Virus record (IMG/VR): IMGVR_UViG_3300044707_000286
Coordinates: 1 to 40,293 of that record
DNA: 40,293 bases
Reading direction: 5' to 3' (one strand)
DNA from: a virus
Lineage: Duplodnaviria > Caudoviricetes
Shown here: in pieces, positions 25,656 to 34,981 of the stretch
How the letters are laid out: each line of letters begins with the position of its first letter
How positions within the stretch are numbered: the first letter of the stretch is position 1
Notes under the pieces: generated by a model
Told to the model about the DNA's origin: nothing
The model's database searches: none
The model's input: the letters and a program-made list of their open reading frames with translations, nothing else
Made by a program: the position numbers and the translations under genes

Positions 25656-27578
25656 TTAAAAATAAGTTGTAATTACCACAATGCCGGGTGCGCCAGCGCC
25701 TCCGTTGCCTGCCACAAAACCAGCAGTATTGCTGGAGCAAGAACCTCCTCCTCCACCACCACAACCAAATCCAGAAGCATTTCCGCCTGCGCCTCCATTG
25801 GATGTTATTGATGATCCGCCACCTGCACCGCCTCCACCATTTATAAGTAGAGATGGGATGCTAATTGGCGTAACCGTGCCACCTGCGCCACCGCCAAGTG
25901 TCCCTGCTGCTGCTGTAGGTAACCCCGATATGCTGTTATTTCCACCCGGCCCTCCAGCGAATGCTGCCGTTGTGGATGTTCCGCCTCCAGAACCTCCAGC
26001 ACTTGGCCCAAAGTTAGCAGACCCGCCAGAACCTGTTGTTCCTCCTGCTGCTCCTGCCGTTCCAGAAATTCCAGCAACCCCCTGCGGAAGTCCCGCAAAA
26101 CCTCCCGTTGAATTGCCGGGAGTGGCCCCGTTCCCTCCACCTCCGCCGCTACGGCAAGAAATAAATATTCCAAGTGTGCTACCAGCAACAGATGAATTTG
26201 TTCCAGAAATTCCTCCTGCGCCACCAGCAATTCCACCAGACCCTCCAGCCCCAACAGTAACTGTATAGGTAGCATCTGTTAAATCAGCGGCATTGATTGT
26301 TGCGCGGGAATATCCACCAGAACCTCCAGCAGCACCGCCAGAAGAAATTGTAGCAGCAGCAACTTTTATTCCAGCACCACCACCGCCACCGCCAGCAACA
26401 AGTTCAAATAAAACTTGTTTTGCACCTGCGGGTTTTGTCCATGTGCCAGAACCTAAAAATCTGTCAATCTGCGGGGACTTCGCCCCCAGAGCATCTCGCG
26501 CCGCCGCAGCAGTTGTCGAGCCTGTGCCGCCTTTGGAAATCGGGAGCGTGGTGATAGTCGGCTCCGCGCCGATATCGGCAGGCGTGAGCGCATCCGTCCC
26601 GCCTGTGGCGTGGGAAGATTTATGGGCGGTGGCCGGTCGGGAATTCGTGAGGCGGCTATCGGAATCAACGACCGCCGTGCCGGTGATCGCGGACGGGGCG
26701 ATGCCGGTCGCCGGGGCGTAAGAACCTGCGGTTTGCTTTCCATCGAGAGCGGTCTGTAGCCCGGTGACATCGGCTATGGCATGAGGGTGCGAGGTGTTGG
26801 CCTTGCCGTTGAGTGCGGTTTGCTGGGCGGTGCTGACCGGCTTGTCGGCATCTGCCGTATTGTCCACATTGCCGAGGCCGACATCGGTTTTTGTAAGCGT
26901 CACAGAACCTCCGCGCCCAGCCACGGATTGAACCGGCGCGGCGGCAGAGGCTCGGGCGTTTGTGAAATACAGGTTGGTGCCTTCCGGCACATCGGTCGTG
27001 GTGCCGGGGGATGAGGTAATTTCCACATAGTCCGATCCGCTCCAGCGGTAGATTTTCCCGGTATCAAGCGTCACATAAATCTTGCCCCGTTCCCCTGCGG
27101 GAAGCGCGGCGAACAAAGCGACCTCAATGATATCATCCACATAGCTAGGCAGGAGGGTGGAGGCGATCTTGTCGCCATCGAGCAGGCCGGTCACTTCGGA
27201 GGGGGCATGGATGTGATTGGCGGGCGCATAGCTTCCGGCGGGTTGTTTCCCGGCATCGATCACATCCTGTGCAGCGGAGGTGCGGTAGGGGGTGAGCGCG
27301 GCGGGCTGAAGCGCGGTGTCGGCCAAAGCGCCCTGCGCAGCGGTGGCATAGGAGCCAGCCGCCTGTTTCCCATCGAGCGCGGTCTGCAAGCCTGTGACCT
27401 CCGAAATCCCATGCGAATGCGTGGCAGGCGGGAAGGTCTCCGGTTTATTGAGGACATCGGCCCAATCGGGATTCTGGAACGCCGAGACTGCCCGCCACGC
27501 CGTTCCGTTCCATTGCCATGTGCGGCCCATGGAGGAGAAGGTGTCGTTGAGTGCCGGGTTGTTGGGGAAGTCGGTCAT
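25656..27578 (-). CDS. Tail fibre protein with glycine-rich C-terminal adhesin-like region
   Basis: FPNNPALND..WQWNG.AW start, repeated H.H.I..VTGLQTALDGKQ, LPSYVDD, GLGNVDNT.D..KPVS, and a WTKP..GGGGGG Gly-rich tip. Confidence 0.85.
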   Translation of the reverse strand: MTDFPNNPALNDTFSSMGRTWQWNGTAWRAVSAFQNPDWADVLNKPETFPPATHSHGISEVTGLQTALDGKQAAGSYATAAQGALADTALQPAALTPYRTSAAQDVIDAGKQPAGSYAPANHIHAPSEVTGLLDGDKIASTLLPSYVDDIIEVALFAALPAGERGKIYVTLDTGKIYRWSGSDYVEITSSPGTTTDVPEGTNLYFTNARASAAAPVQSVAGRGGSVTLTKTDVGLGNVDNTADADKPVSTAQQTALNGKANTSHPHAIADVTGLQTALDGKQTAGSYAPATGIAPSAITGTAVVDSDSRLTNSRPATAHKSSHATGGTDALTPADIGAEPTITTLPISKGGTGSTTAAAARDALGAKSPQIDRFLGSGTWTKPAGAKQVLFELVAGGGGGGAGIKVAAATISSGGAAGGSGGYSRATINAADLTDATYTVTVGAGGSGGIAGGAGGISGTNSSVAGSTLGIFISCRSGGGGGNGATPGNSTGGFAGLPQGVAGISGTAGAAGGTTGSGGSANFGPSAGGSGGGTSTTAAFAGGPGGNNSISGLPTAAAGTLGGGAGGTVTPISIPSLLINGGGGAGGGSSITSNGGAGGNASGFGCGGGGGGSCSSNTAGFVAGNGGAGAPGIVVITTYF

Positions 27579-28795
27579 GTGAGGTTGGCGATTTGGTCTC
27601 CGGTGGTGGCGACGGTGGAGCAGTTGGCGAGGCGTTGACCCACGCTGCCTGCGGTGGTCAAGGCGGAGGTGGGAACTGCCCAAATGTCATTTACGACAGA
27701 ATCCATTTTCAGCACGGCGGTGCCTGTCGTGTTTCTGATAGGGACACCCCATGCCACCGAATTTGCTTCCGGGACTGCGCATGTGCCGGTGAGCGCACCC
27801 GAAGCGTAGCTCACGCCGCTGCGCACATTTTCTTCGGCTGGCATCTGGCCTTGCGTTGCATCGACGAGTATCTTCGCGCCTGCGGTGTCGCAGAAATTGA
27901 AAACAGCGACATTGGTTCCCATTTTTTTAAGACGGATGCCGCCGCCACTTACAGGCGATTGACCATTTGTGCCAAATTCAATTTCTTCGACTTCAATAAA
28001 CCCGGTGCTGGCATTACTTGCCCCAACTCCAGAACCAAGGCCGGAAGACCCCGGCCCATACGCATTTCCCCTAGCTCGTTTCAAAAAAATCGCTCCGGTG
28101 GAATCGTTTAATGCGCCCGGACCACTACCTGTAACCGGCGACCCAGCGGCTATTCCATTTATGTTAATGGTTCCAGTAGCAGAACGGTTTCTGACGCCCG
28201 GGGCGCTGCCAGTTCCTCCAAAACAATTTCCTGTGACATTTACAATCGCGGTGCCGGACGGCACATTTATTCCCGGCCCCAAACTGCTAGAACCACCAGT
28301 TGCATTCCCTGTGAAATTTAATGTCCCACCGCCACTAACATTAATCGTCCCATTGCTGGTTCCAGCCCCAGTAGCATCGCCAGTCACATTACCCGTAAAA
28401 TTCAATGTTCCCGATCCTGTAAATTGGATAACATTTGCATTTCCGGATGTGTTTACTGATGTGGCGTTTCCTACAATTGAAGCCGAATTAGGGAATGACC
28501 CCCCATAACTAACAATTGTCGCGCCACCAGTAACTTGGCTTTGAATCATGTTTGCGGTCAAAGTGACATTATTGGATAGAGTGAATGTGCCTCCAATAGT
28601 TGCCCCTCCCGTTGTGTCGTTGCGGACTTCAGCAACCGTTGTGCTGACATTGACGGTGATGGCAAAGCTGTTTGACATCAACACATCGGCGTTTGTGAAT
28701 GTTGGGAATAAATCGCTGGCCGTGCCGCCGGGCGCGGTCGCCCAGACATCGGGGGCGTTGATGTTTCCGGCTTTGCGGGCAAAGTAGGTAGGCAT
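27575..28795 (-). CDS. Tail-associated beta-helical / Gly-Thr-Asn-rich protein
   Basis: Repeated GTLNFTGN(V/A)TG units, VRSGVSYASG.LTGT..VP motif; in the fibre cluster. Confidence 0.65.
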   Translation of the reverse strand: MPTYFARKAGNINAPDVWATAPGGTASDLFPTFTNADVLMSNSFAITVNVSTTVAEVRNDTTGGATIGGTFTLSNNVTLTANMIQSQVTGGATIVSYGGSFPNSASIVGNATSVNTSGNANVIQFTGSGTLNFTGNVTGDATGAGTSNGTINVSGGGTLNFTGNATGGSSSLGPGINVPSGTAIVNVTGNCFGGTGSAPGVRNRSATGTININGIAAGSPVTGSGPGALNDSTGAIFLKRARGNAYGPGSSGLGSGVGASNASTGFIEVEEIEFGTNGQSPVSGGGIRLKKMGTNVAVFNFCDTAGAKILVDATQGQMPAEENVRSGVSYASGALTGTCAVPEANSVAWGVPIRNTTGTAVLKMDSVVNDIWAVPTSALTTAGSVGQRLANCSTVATTGDQIANLT

Positions 28796-28797
28796 TT

Positions 28798-29082
28798 TTA
28801 GAGTCCTTTCGCGGTGATGTAGGATTGGAGAGCGGTCTGGATCGCGGCGACGGCGGCTTGCTCGGCGGGGTCTGCGATCTCGGAGAAACTACCGCGCAGG
28901 AGACCGATGGCTGCGGAGTCGGCGGTTTCGACTACTTCATTCTCCACCCGTGTGGGAATTAAGCGCATTGCGATGGATGCGTCTTGCGATCCGTCTGCTT
29001 TGTAGAATCCGGTGATCGCGAGGTTGAGGCTGAATTTGTCGTAGGATTTTCCGTTGATTTCAATTGGGTTGGTAGCGTTCAT
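28798..29082 (-). CDS. Hypothetical tail-cluster protein
   Basis: 94-aa ORF starting MNATNPIEINGK that fills the gap. Confidence 0.65.
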   Translation of the reverse strand: MNATNPIEINGKSYDKFSLNLAITGFYKADGSQDASIAMRLIPTRVENEVVETADSAAIGLLRGSFSEIADPAEQAAVAAIQTALQSYITAKGL

Positions 29083-29101
29083 GGTGTTGGATTTTTTAGG
29101 T

Positions 29102-29455
29102 TTAGCTGTAGGTGAGAGATTCGCGGTCATTCCAGATGCCCGATGCGGTCGCGGTAGCGACCACGGCTCCGGAATTATCAATCGTCACTTGGCGGATCGA
29201 CCAACCGGAGGCAGAAGTGGCGGTTCCTTCAAAGGCAATGCCGGTGTAGTAAATGAGGTTGTTGGTGCTGTTCACCGCAAAACGGCGCTCGCGCCTCATT
29301 GGCGAGTAGCCGAGGGAGTTCCATGCGGTGGTGCCTGTTCCGATTTTGAATTTGTTGGTATCGACCTCCAACCCCATCTCGCCCTCTGCGAGGGTAGGAT
29401 TTGCTGTAGTCCATTCTGCGGCGGTGCCGCGACGAAGTTGAATTTGTTGTGCCAT
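29102..29455 (-). CDS. Small tail fibre protein with Mtd N-terminal-like domain
   Basis: MAQQIQLRRGTAAEWTTANPTLAEGEMGLEVDTNKFKIGTGTTAWNSLGY. Confidence 0.75.
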   Translation of the reverse strand: MAQQIQLRRGTAAEWTTANPTLAEGEMGLEVDTNKFKIGTGTTAWNSLGYSPMRRERRFAVNSTNNLIYYTGIAFEGTATSASGWSIRQVTIDNSGAVVATATASGIWNDRESLTYS

Positions 29456-31179
29456 TAGGGTGTGCCTCCGACGATGTTGTTTGTTCCTCCGTAGATCGTG
29501 GCTGGGGTGCCTCCATCGATGTTGCCGAGCGTTTCGCCTGCGTAGCCATTCACGACCTCGACCCACGCATTGTCGTAGCGCACATAGGTGCGGAGGGTGG
29601 TCTCGTCGAACCACACCATGCCCGCTTGCGGCGATGCTGGCGGGGTGGGTGAGGTGACGATGGCAATCGGGCCGGTGGGGATGGTGAAATTAAAAACGGC
29701 AGCAGCCGAGGTTCCGGCGTTTGTGACCAAGGCCGACGATCCCGCTGGTCCGGTCGTAGTGGTTCCGACTGCAATGGTCGCCGCATCGCCTTTGTCTCCG
29801 CGAGGGATGGTGAAATCCAGAACCGCTGCGCTCGGGGTGCCGGTGTTCGTGATCGAGGCGCTGGACCCGGGAGCGCCGGTCGTGACCGTGCCGACCGACA
29901 TGGTGCCGGTGTCGCCCTTGACGCCCTGCGGAATGGCAAAATCAAAAACGGCGGCAGCGGAATTTCCCGAGTTAGTGACCGAGGCATTGGTCCCCGGCAG
30001 GCCGGTGGTTGTGCTGCCCACGGCCACGGTAGCGGCATCGCCTTTGTCTCCCTTGGGGATTTCGAGGTTGAGCGTCTGGTTGGGCGCGGTGCCGGTGATG
30101 GTCGCGCCAGCGGATGAACCGGCGGCTCCCGTGCTGACCGTGCCGACCGAGAGGGTGTTGGCGGGACCGACCGGCCCTTGCGGGAGTCCGAAATTCAAGA
30201 CCGCCGTGTCGTATTGGCCGGTGTTGGTGACGGTGGGGGTTGTTCCGGTGGGCAGCGAGGTGACGGTGCCGACCGTGACTTGGAGCGAAGGATAGCTGAT
30301 CCCACCCGCCGGTCCGCCGCCGGTCGCCTTCGATGTCTCGATGCCATCGCCGCCATTGCGCGAGGAGACGAGTTTGGAGGACATCCACGCCGGTTTGATC
30401 TTCCCCTTGCGCTCGGTGGAATCCCGGCGCATGGCGGGGTTTTTGCCGAGCAGTTCGGTTTCTTTCGCGAGCAGCGCGGCCTTGTTGGCATCGCCGGTCA
30501 GCGGGACGGCGAGCTTGGCGGCGAGGTTAGCCGTGAGGAGGTCTATGAAGAGCGAGTCGAAAGCCGTGACCTCGGTGACTTTGCGGACATATTCCAGCGT
30601 GATGGCGGACCCGAGCCAGATATCCCAATCGGTCGTCCAATTCGCGGTGACGCCGGGTTGCTTGGTCGATCCTGCGACCATGCACTTGTAGACCGCTCCG
30701 TTGTTGGAAACGGCATTGCCGATCTCATACACACGATCCACGACCCATGCCGGGGAACCGGAATCGGCGTTGGTGTAAATGAAGTTGCCAAGGATTTCCC
30801 ACGCCGATTCGCCAGCGGAATCGTAGTCGTTCACCCTAAAGACGCGCAGGCAGTCGGACGGGATCGCGTAGCGGTAGGCCCACTTGTATTCCGGGCGCGG
30901 GAGGGTTTCGATGACCGTGGTGGCCTTCATGGCCCATGTCCATGAACCGGCAAGCAGGAGGGCATCGCGCACCTGCGGGTAGAGGGACTTGGCAAGCAGG
31001 AGAGCGTGAGAAGACGCTCCGAATTGTTCGCCGGTTCCGATTCGCAGGATCGCTTGGCGGCAGAGTTCGTCCTCGGAAATCGAGACCGAGGGACGGAACG
31101 CCGCTCGACTTTCAACCGCCGCTTTGAGGGCCGGTTGAGAGGTGAGGTATTGAAGTTCTGCGAAGAACTGCTCTTTCAT
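29455..31179 (-). CDS. Adaptor (gp11-like) domain 6 with a CBM-like insert, fused to fibre repeats
   Basis: ELCRQAILRIG...W.WA...Y.YRYAIPSDCLRV...FDSLF...LAAKLAVPLTG, then about 5 VGT(V/T)TT..PG..A.(V/I)TN.G..A...F.IP.G repeats. Confidence 0.8.
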   Translation of the reverse strand: MKEQFFAELQYLTSQPALKAAVESRAAFRPSVSISEDELCRQAILRIGTGEQFGASSHALLLAKSLYPQVRDALLLAGSWTWAMKATTVIETLPRPEYKWAYRYAIPSDCLRVFRVNDYDSAGESAWEILGNFIYTNADSGSPAWVVDRVYEIGNAVSNNGAVYKCMVAGSTKQPGVTANWTTDWDIWLGSAITLEYVRKVTEVTAFDSLFIDLLTANLAAKLAVPLTGDANKAALLAKETELLGKNPAMRRDSTERKGKIKPAWMSSKLVSSRNGGDGIETSKATGGGPAGGISYPSLQVTVGTVTSLPTGTTPTVTNTGQYDTAVLNFGLPQGPVGPANTLSVGTVSTGAAGSSAGATITGTAPNQTLNLEIPKGDKGDAATVAVGSTTTGLPGTNASVTNSGNSAAAVFDFAIPQGVKGDTGTMSVGTVTTGAPGSSASITNTGTPSAAVLDFTIPRGDKGDAATIAVGTTTTGPAGSSALVTNAGTSAAAVFNFTIPTGPIAIVTSPTPPASPQAGMVWFDETTLRTYVRYDNAWVEVVNGYAGETLGNIDGGTPATIYGGTNNIVGGTP

Positions 31180-32837
31180 TTTTTAACAGGTGCCGCTGCC
31201 GATCCGATTTCGAGGAGTTGGGCGAGTTTCATCGCCAGCGTGACGATCAGCACATTCACAAAGACCGGCGGGTATTTGGTGACATCCGAGACAATGGAAA
31301 TGGTTTCAACTTGGATGGGCGAAACTTCGTTTGTGTGGATGTAACCGGAAACAATTTCCCATTTGCCGAAGTTCTCGTCCTCGTCCACGCCGTTGACGCG
31401 AAGCACCTTGAGGGTGCCGGTTGGGAGGGCATAGCGCCTACTGTAACCAAACGCCGGGGCGGTCGGGTCGGCGTTGATCGTGGCTTGCGCCCGGGCGAAC
31501 TGCCAATCGTAGTCGGAAAGCACCTCATTGCGGGTCTGGTCGTAAAGACTGGTAGCAATCGCCATTGGCTCCCCGTAAGGTTTGAAAGCCTCGGCGGTGC
31601 CGATTCGCAGGATGGCTTGGCGGCAAATTTCGGAAACCGAGTTGGCGGCGGTAGTAGTGCGAGGTTTGGCCGACTTTTCGATGAGGATGCGGATGCTTGG
31701 TCGCGACATCGTTTCGATGGCGAGAGTAGCCATGGCTTGTGCGATTTCCCCTTTTTGCGTGAGCGGCATGGAAATCTTGGCCGCGAGGCGGGCGATCAGA
31801 GCTTCCGTAAAAGGAGGAGGAAACTTGGTCACATCGGTTTGCTTCCAAGTGTAGTCGATTTTGACAGGAGAACCGAGGTCCGTGTGAAGATACCCACCAA
31901 CGATTTCCCATTGGCCGAAATTCTCGGAGGAATCAATGTTTTCCACCCGGATGAGTTGCAGGAAATCGCTGGGCAGGGCATAGCGTTTGGTAAATCCTTG
32001 GGTCGGCGCAGCGGCATCCGCCGTGATGCTCAACTGCTTTTTGGCAAACGCCCACGGAACATCGGAAAGCAGTTCCTCCAAGGTCTGGTCGTAGAAGGAA
32101 TTGGCAAATACCATCGGTTGCTTGATGAGGGTCTCCGAAGACCCCAACCGCATGATCGCCTGCTTGCAAATTTGTGTGCGTGTGGTGATGGTATTGGTTG
32201 CCATCGAGTCCGCGATGGATTCGATCTCGCGTTTCAAGGCGGACCGCTCGGCGAGCGTTTCAAATTCCTTGATTGCCGCGACCGCTTGATCGCCCAGCCC
32301 CATTGCCATCGCCAGTTTGTAGGCCATGCGGACCACGACCATTTCCTTGAAGATCGCCGGATAAGTGGTGTCGCTGGCGGGGGGGGCGATGTAGTCGATG
32401 GCAATCGGCGTGGCAAGATTGGTGTGGATGAACGCGCCAACTTCCTCCCATGTTCCAAAATTTTCCGCCGAATCGATGCCATTGATTCGCATGATTTTCA
32501 AAGAACCGCTTGGGGTTGGGTATCGGAAATCGTAGCCGGTCACCGGGTTGGTGCCGTCCTTTGCCACGCTCCCGACTTGTTGGCGAGCAAACCGCCAATC
32601 AAACTCTGAAAGAATTTCCAGCACCGTGGGTTGGTAGAATTTCGCGGCGAAGACAAAGGGTTGACCTTGATTTTTGTAGGTCTCCGCATTGCCAACCCGA
32701 AGGATCGCCTGCCGGATGAGTTCCGAAGCGGTTGCGGTAAGGGTGCCACTATAGTTGGCGACCGACTCGATGTTTTCCAGCAAGGCCGGTTTTGCCATCA
32801 AGAATTGAAGTTCTTGGAACAGGGCTTCGTATTTCAT
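31176..32837 (-). CDS. Tandem adaptor (gp11-like) domains 3-5
   Basis: Three repeats starting ELIRQAILRVG, QICKQAIMRLG and EICRQAILRIG, each with W.FA and (F/Y)P..F...L...LA.K motifs. Confidence 0.8.
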   Translation of the reverse strand: MKYEALFQELQFLMAKPALLENIESVANYSGTLTATASELIRQAILRVGNAETYKNQGQPFVFAAKFYQPTVLEILSEFDWRFARQQVGSVAKDGTNPVTGYDFRYPTPSGSLKIMRINGIDSAENFGTWEEVGAFIHTNLATPIAIDYIAPPASDTTYPAIFKEMVVVRMAYKLAMAMGLGDQAVAAIKEFETLAERSALKREIESIADSMATNTITTRTQICKQAIMRLGSSETLIKQPMVFANSFYDQTLEELLSDVPWAFAKKQLSITADAAAPTQGFTKRYALPSDFLQLIRVENIDSSENFGQWEIVGGYLHTDLGSPVKIDYTWKQTDVTKFPPPFTEALIARLAAKISMPLTQKGEIAQAMATLAIETMSRPSIRILIEKSAKPRTTTAANSVSEICRQAILRIGTAEAFKPYGEPMAIATSLYDQTRNEVLSDYDWQFARAQATINADPTAPAFGYSRRYALPTGTLKVLRVNGVDEDENFGKWEIVSGYIHTNEVSPIQVETISIVSDVTKYPPVFVNVLIVTLAMKLAQLLEIGSAAAPVKK

Positions 32838-33841
32838 TTGGATTCGATAATCCCGCACAATTTAAGCGCGAGGGTTGTGGTGAGGAGTTGAGTGAAGATG
32901 GGAGGGAACTTGGTCACATCGGTGACTTTCTCGGTGACAAGCAGTCGGACGGGTGTTCCGAGGTTGGTATGCAAATACTGCCCAACGACTTCCCATTGTC
33001 CGAGGTTCTCCGCAGAGTCGATGTTCTCGACGCGCCAGATTTTGAGGATGGAAGTTGGGAGGAGGTATCGTTTGGTGTAGCCCCCCGATCCGACATAGGG
33101 AGCCACGGCATCAGCCGTTAGGCCCGGGGTAGCGCGGGCAAACGCCCAATCAAAATCTCCAAGCAGTTCGTCACGGGTCTGCTCGTAAAGCGACTGCGCG
33201 AGAAGCATGGGTTCCCCGTAAGGCTTGAAGGCTTCCAGCGACCCGACCCGGAGGATGGCTTGGCGACAAATCTCGGTCACGGAATTCGCCGCCGAGGTCG
33301 TGGTCTTCGGCGCTTGCGTGTTGATGAGAAGCGAGCGGAGTCCGGGCTTCTGCATGGTTGCGCCAAAAAGTTCCGCCATTTGGCCGAACAGGTCTTTCGA
33401 GCCGGTCAGAGGCATGGCGAGGAGTCCGGCCAATTTGATTGTCAGTAATTCGACAAACAACGCCGGGAACTTCGCCGGGTCGGTCACGGCGGCAATGTAA
33501 TCGAGCGCGACCGGGGAAGAGAGGTTGGTGTGGATTTTGTCGGCGATGATTTCCCAAACGCCGAAGTTCTCGTTGGAATCCACATTCCCAAAACGAAGCA
33601 CCCGCAAGAAATCGGTCGGCAGGGTGTATTGAACCGAGTAGCCGGTAAGCGGGGCCGTGCCGCTGGTGAGGTTCACTTGCTTGCGGCAGAATTGCCAATC
33701 GTATTCGGCTTGGAGTTCCTCGACGGTCTGCGTGTAGAACAAACTGCAATACTGCGCTTGCGCCGTGGAATCGGTCAGCGCGGTGATTCGCGCATCCCCG
33801 AGGCGAGCGAGGGCCAGATTGCAGATTTGGATATCGGTCAT
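32834..33841 (-). CDS. Tail tubular protein A / adaptor (gp11-like), domains 1-2
   Basis: MTDIQICNLALARLG is the canonical gp11-like start; second copy starts EICRQAILRVG. Confidence 0.85.
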   Translation of the reverse strand: MTDIQICNLALARLGDARITALTDSTAQAQYCSLFYTQTVEELQAEYDWQFCRKQVNLTSGTAPLTGYSVQYTLPTDFLRVLRFGNVDSNENFGVWEIIADKIHTNLSSPVALDYIAAVTDPAKFPALFVELLTIKLAGLLAMPLTGSKDLFGQMAELFGATMQKPGLRSLLINTQAPKTTTSAANSVTEICRQAILRVGSLEAFKPYGEPMLLAQSLYEQTRDELLGDFDWAFARATPGLTADAVAPYVGSGGYTKRYLLPTSILKIWRVENIDSAENLGQWEVVGQYLHTNLGTPVRLLVTEKVTDVTKFPPIFTQLLTTTLALKLCGIIESK

Positions 33842-33852
33842 TGGCGCAGGTT

Positions 33853-33890
33853 AAAAAGGGGTGGCAGACATTTCCCGGTCTGCCAGCGGG
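33853..33890 (-). terminator. Rho-independent terminator after the major capsid gene
   Basis: Stem TGGCAGAC/GTCTGCCA followed by CCCCTTTTT on the minus strand. Confidence 0.6.
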
Positions 33891-33896
33891 TTTTGG

Positions 33897-34802
33897 TTAG
33901 GCTTCGTCGCAGGCGATCTCGACGACCTTCTTCTCTTCCATGCGGACGGCGGCGAGGGATGCCACCGAACGGATTTGGAGCGAGTGCGAGAGGTCGGTGC
34001 GGATGTCCATGTGGGTCTTGAGTCCGCGCTCGGCGAGGATGACTCCGGATTTCACATAGGCGTAAACGCTGCGAACCGTTGCGGTTTTCGGAAGCAGTTG
34101 GGTGCGGCGGAATTTGAAACCCATGAAGGTATTCAAGTTGCCGTCCACCAAGGCGCGAACCGTGTTGTAGTCGGCGCTTGTGATTTTATCGTCACGGAGC
34201 AGGTCTTGAAGCTGCTTGGCCGAAACAACAATGATGCGCTCCTCCTCTTCATCGACATCGTTGGAGTCGAAAAGGAATTTCGCAGCGCGGAGCTTTGCGA
34301 TGGTGAGGCCGGAATTCGCGGCGGTGCCGGTTTCCACATACTGAACGCCCACTTTTTGGGTGGCAGGCAATAAAGTTTCAACAACGCCTGTCGGCCCTGT
34401 GTAGGCTTTACCACCCAAAGCGCCGATGATGATCGAGTCGCAGGTGCGACCGTAAGCCGCAGCATGGGATTGGATGATCGGGCTAGTTGGCAACACAACC
34501 TCGCCGAGCAACTGCTCGTCCCACTCATCGATGAGCTTCGCGGTGTCGTATTGGGTTGGACGAATCCAACGCTTGGCCATCGGTTGATTGCTGATCCGAG
34601 TGTCGCCGGAGCGATGCTCGATTGCAGTCATTGTGGCTGGGTCGATTTGATTGTAGGACTTCTCTTTTCCTTCGATGGAATCGATGGTCACATATTCTTT
34701 TAGCTTGGAATTTTTCTGCTGAACGAGGTGTTTCCAGTTGGAATCAAACTGGGTCGTGAAGTGGTCGGGGATGTTCGTTAGAACGCCGTTTTGGTTAGCC
34801 AT
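33897..34802 (-). CDS. Major capsid protein
   Basis: QF......LVQQ..SKL, A.AYGR..D..II, S.DYN..RALVDG....FMGFKF, AVRMEEKKVV; strong SD AAGGAG; follows the scaffold gene. Confidence 0.9.
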   Translation of the reverse strand: MANQNGVLTNIPDHFTTQFDSNWKHLVQQKNSKLKEYVTIDSIEGKEKSYNQIDPATMTAIEHRSGDTRISNQPMAKRWIRPTQYDTAKLIDEWDEQLLGEVVLPTSPIIQSHAAAYGRTCDSIIIGALGGKAYTGPTGVVETLLPATQKVGVQYVETGTAANSGLTIAKLRAAKFLFDSNDVDEEEERIIVVSAKQLQDLLRDDKITSADYNTVRALVDGNLNTFMGFKFRRTQLLPKTATVRSVYAYVKSGVILAERGLKTHMDIRTDLSHSLQIRSVASLAAVRMEEKKVVEIACDEA

Positions 34803-34963
34803 TTTTTTCTCCTTGTGTTGAGTTGGTTGGTATCAGTCGAAACTGATGGTTCGTTGCTCCCTCGCTTCCGAGTGTCCCGTGTGGGGTCTTCGACGGCGGG
34901 TATTAGGGAGCAGGCTCACAAAGGAGGTGTCTGCTCTGACGGAGGAGTGTGTAGCACACTCCG
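34803..34963 (-). promoter_or_regulatory. Structured 5' leader of the capsid gene
   Basis: Several stems, a UUCG hairpin and an internal anti-SD (see findings). Confidence 0.5.
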
Positions 34964-34981
34964 TGGTATCAGTCAAAAAAT

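Noticed and set aside
26700-27430. Internal DNA repeats in the tail fibre (VTGLQTALDGKQ) as an inversion or shuffling system
   Set aside because: These are ordinary direct fibre repeats; there is no invertase and no inverted cassette.
29102-29455. Diversity-generating retroelement suggested by the Mtd-N-like domain
   Set aside because: No reverse transcriptase ORF, and no TR/VR pair differing at adenines, was seen.
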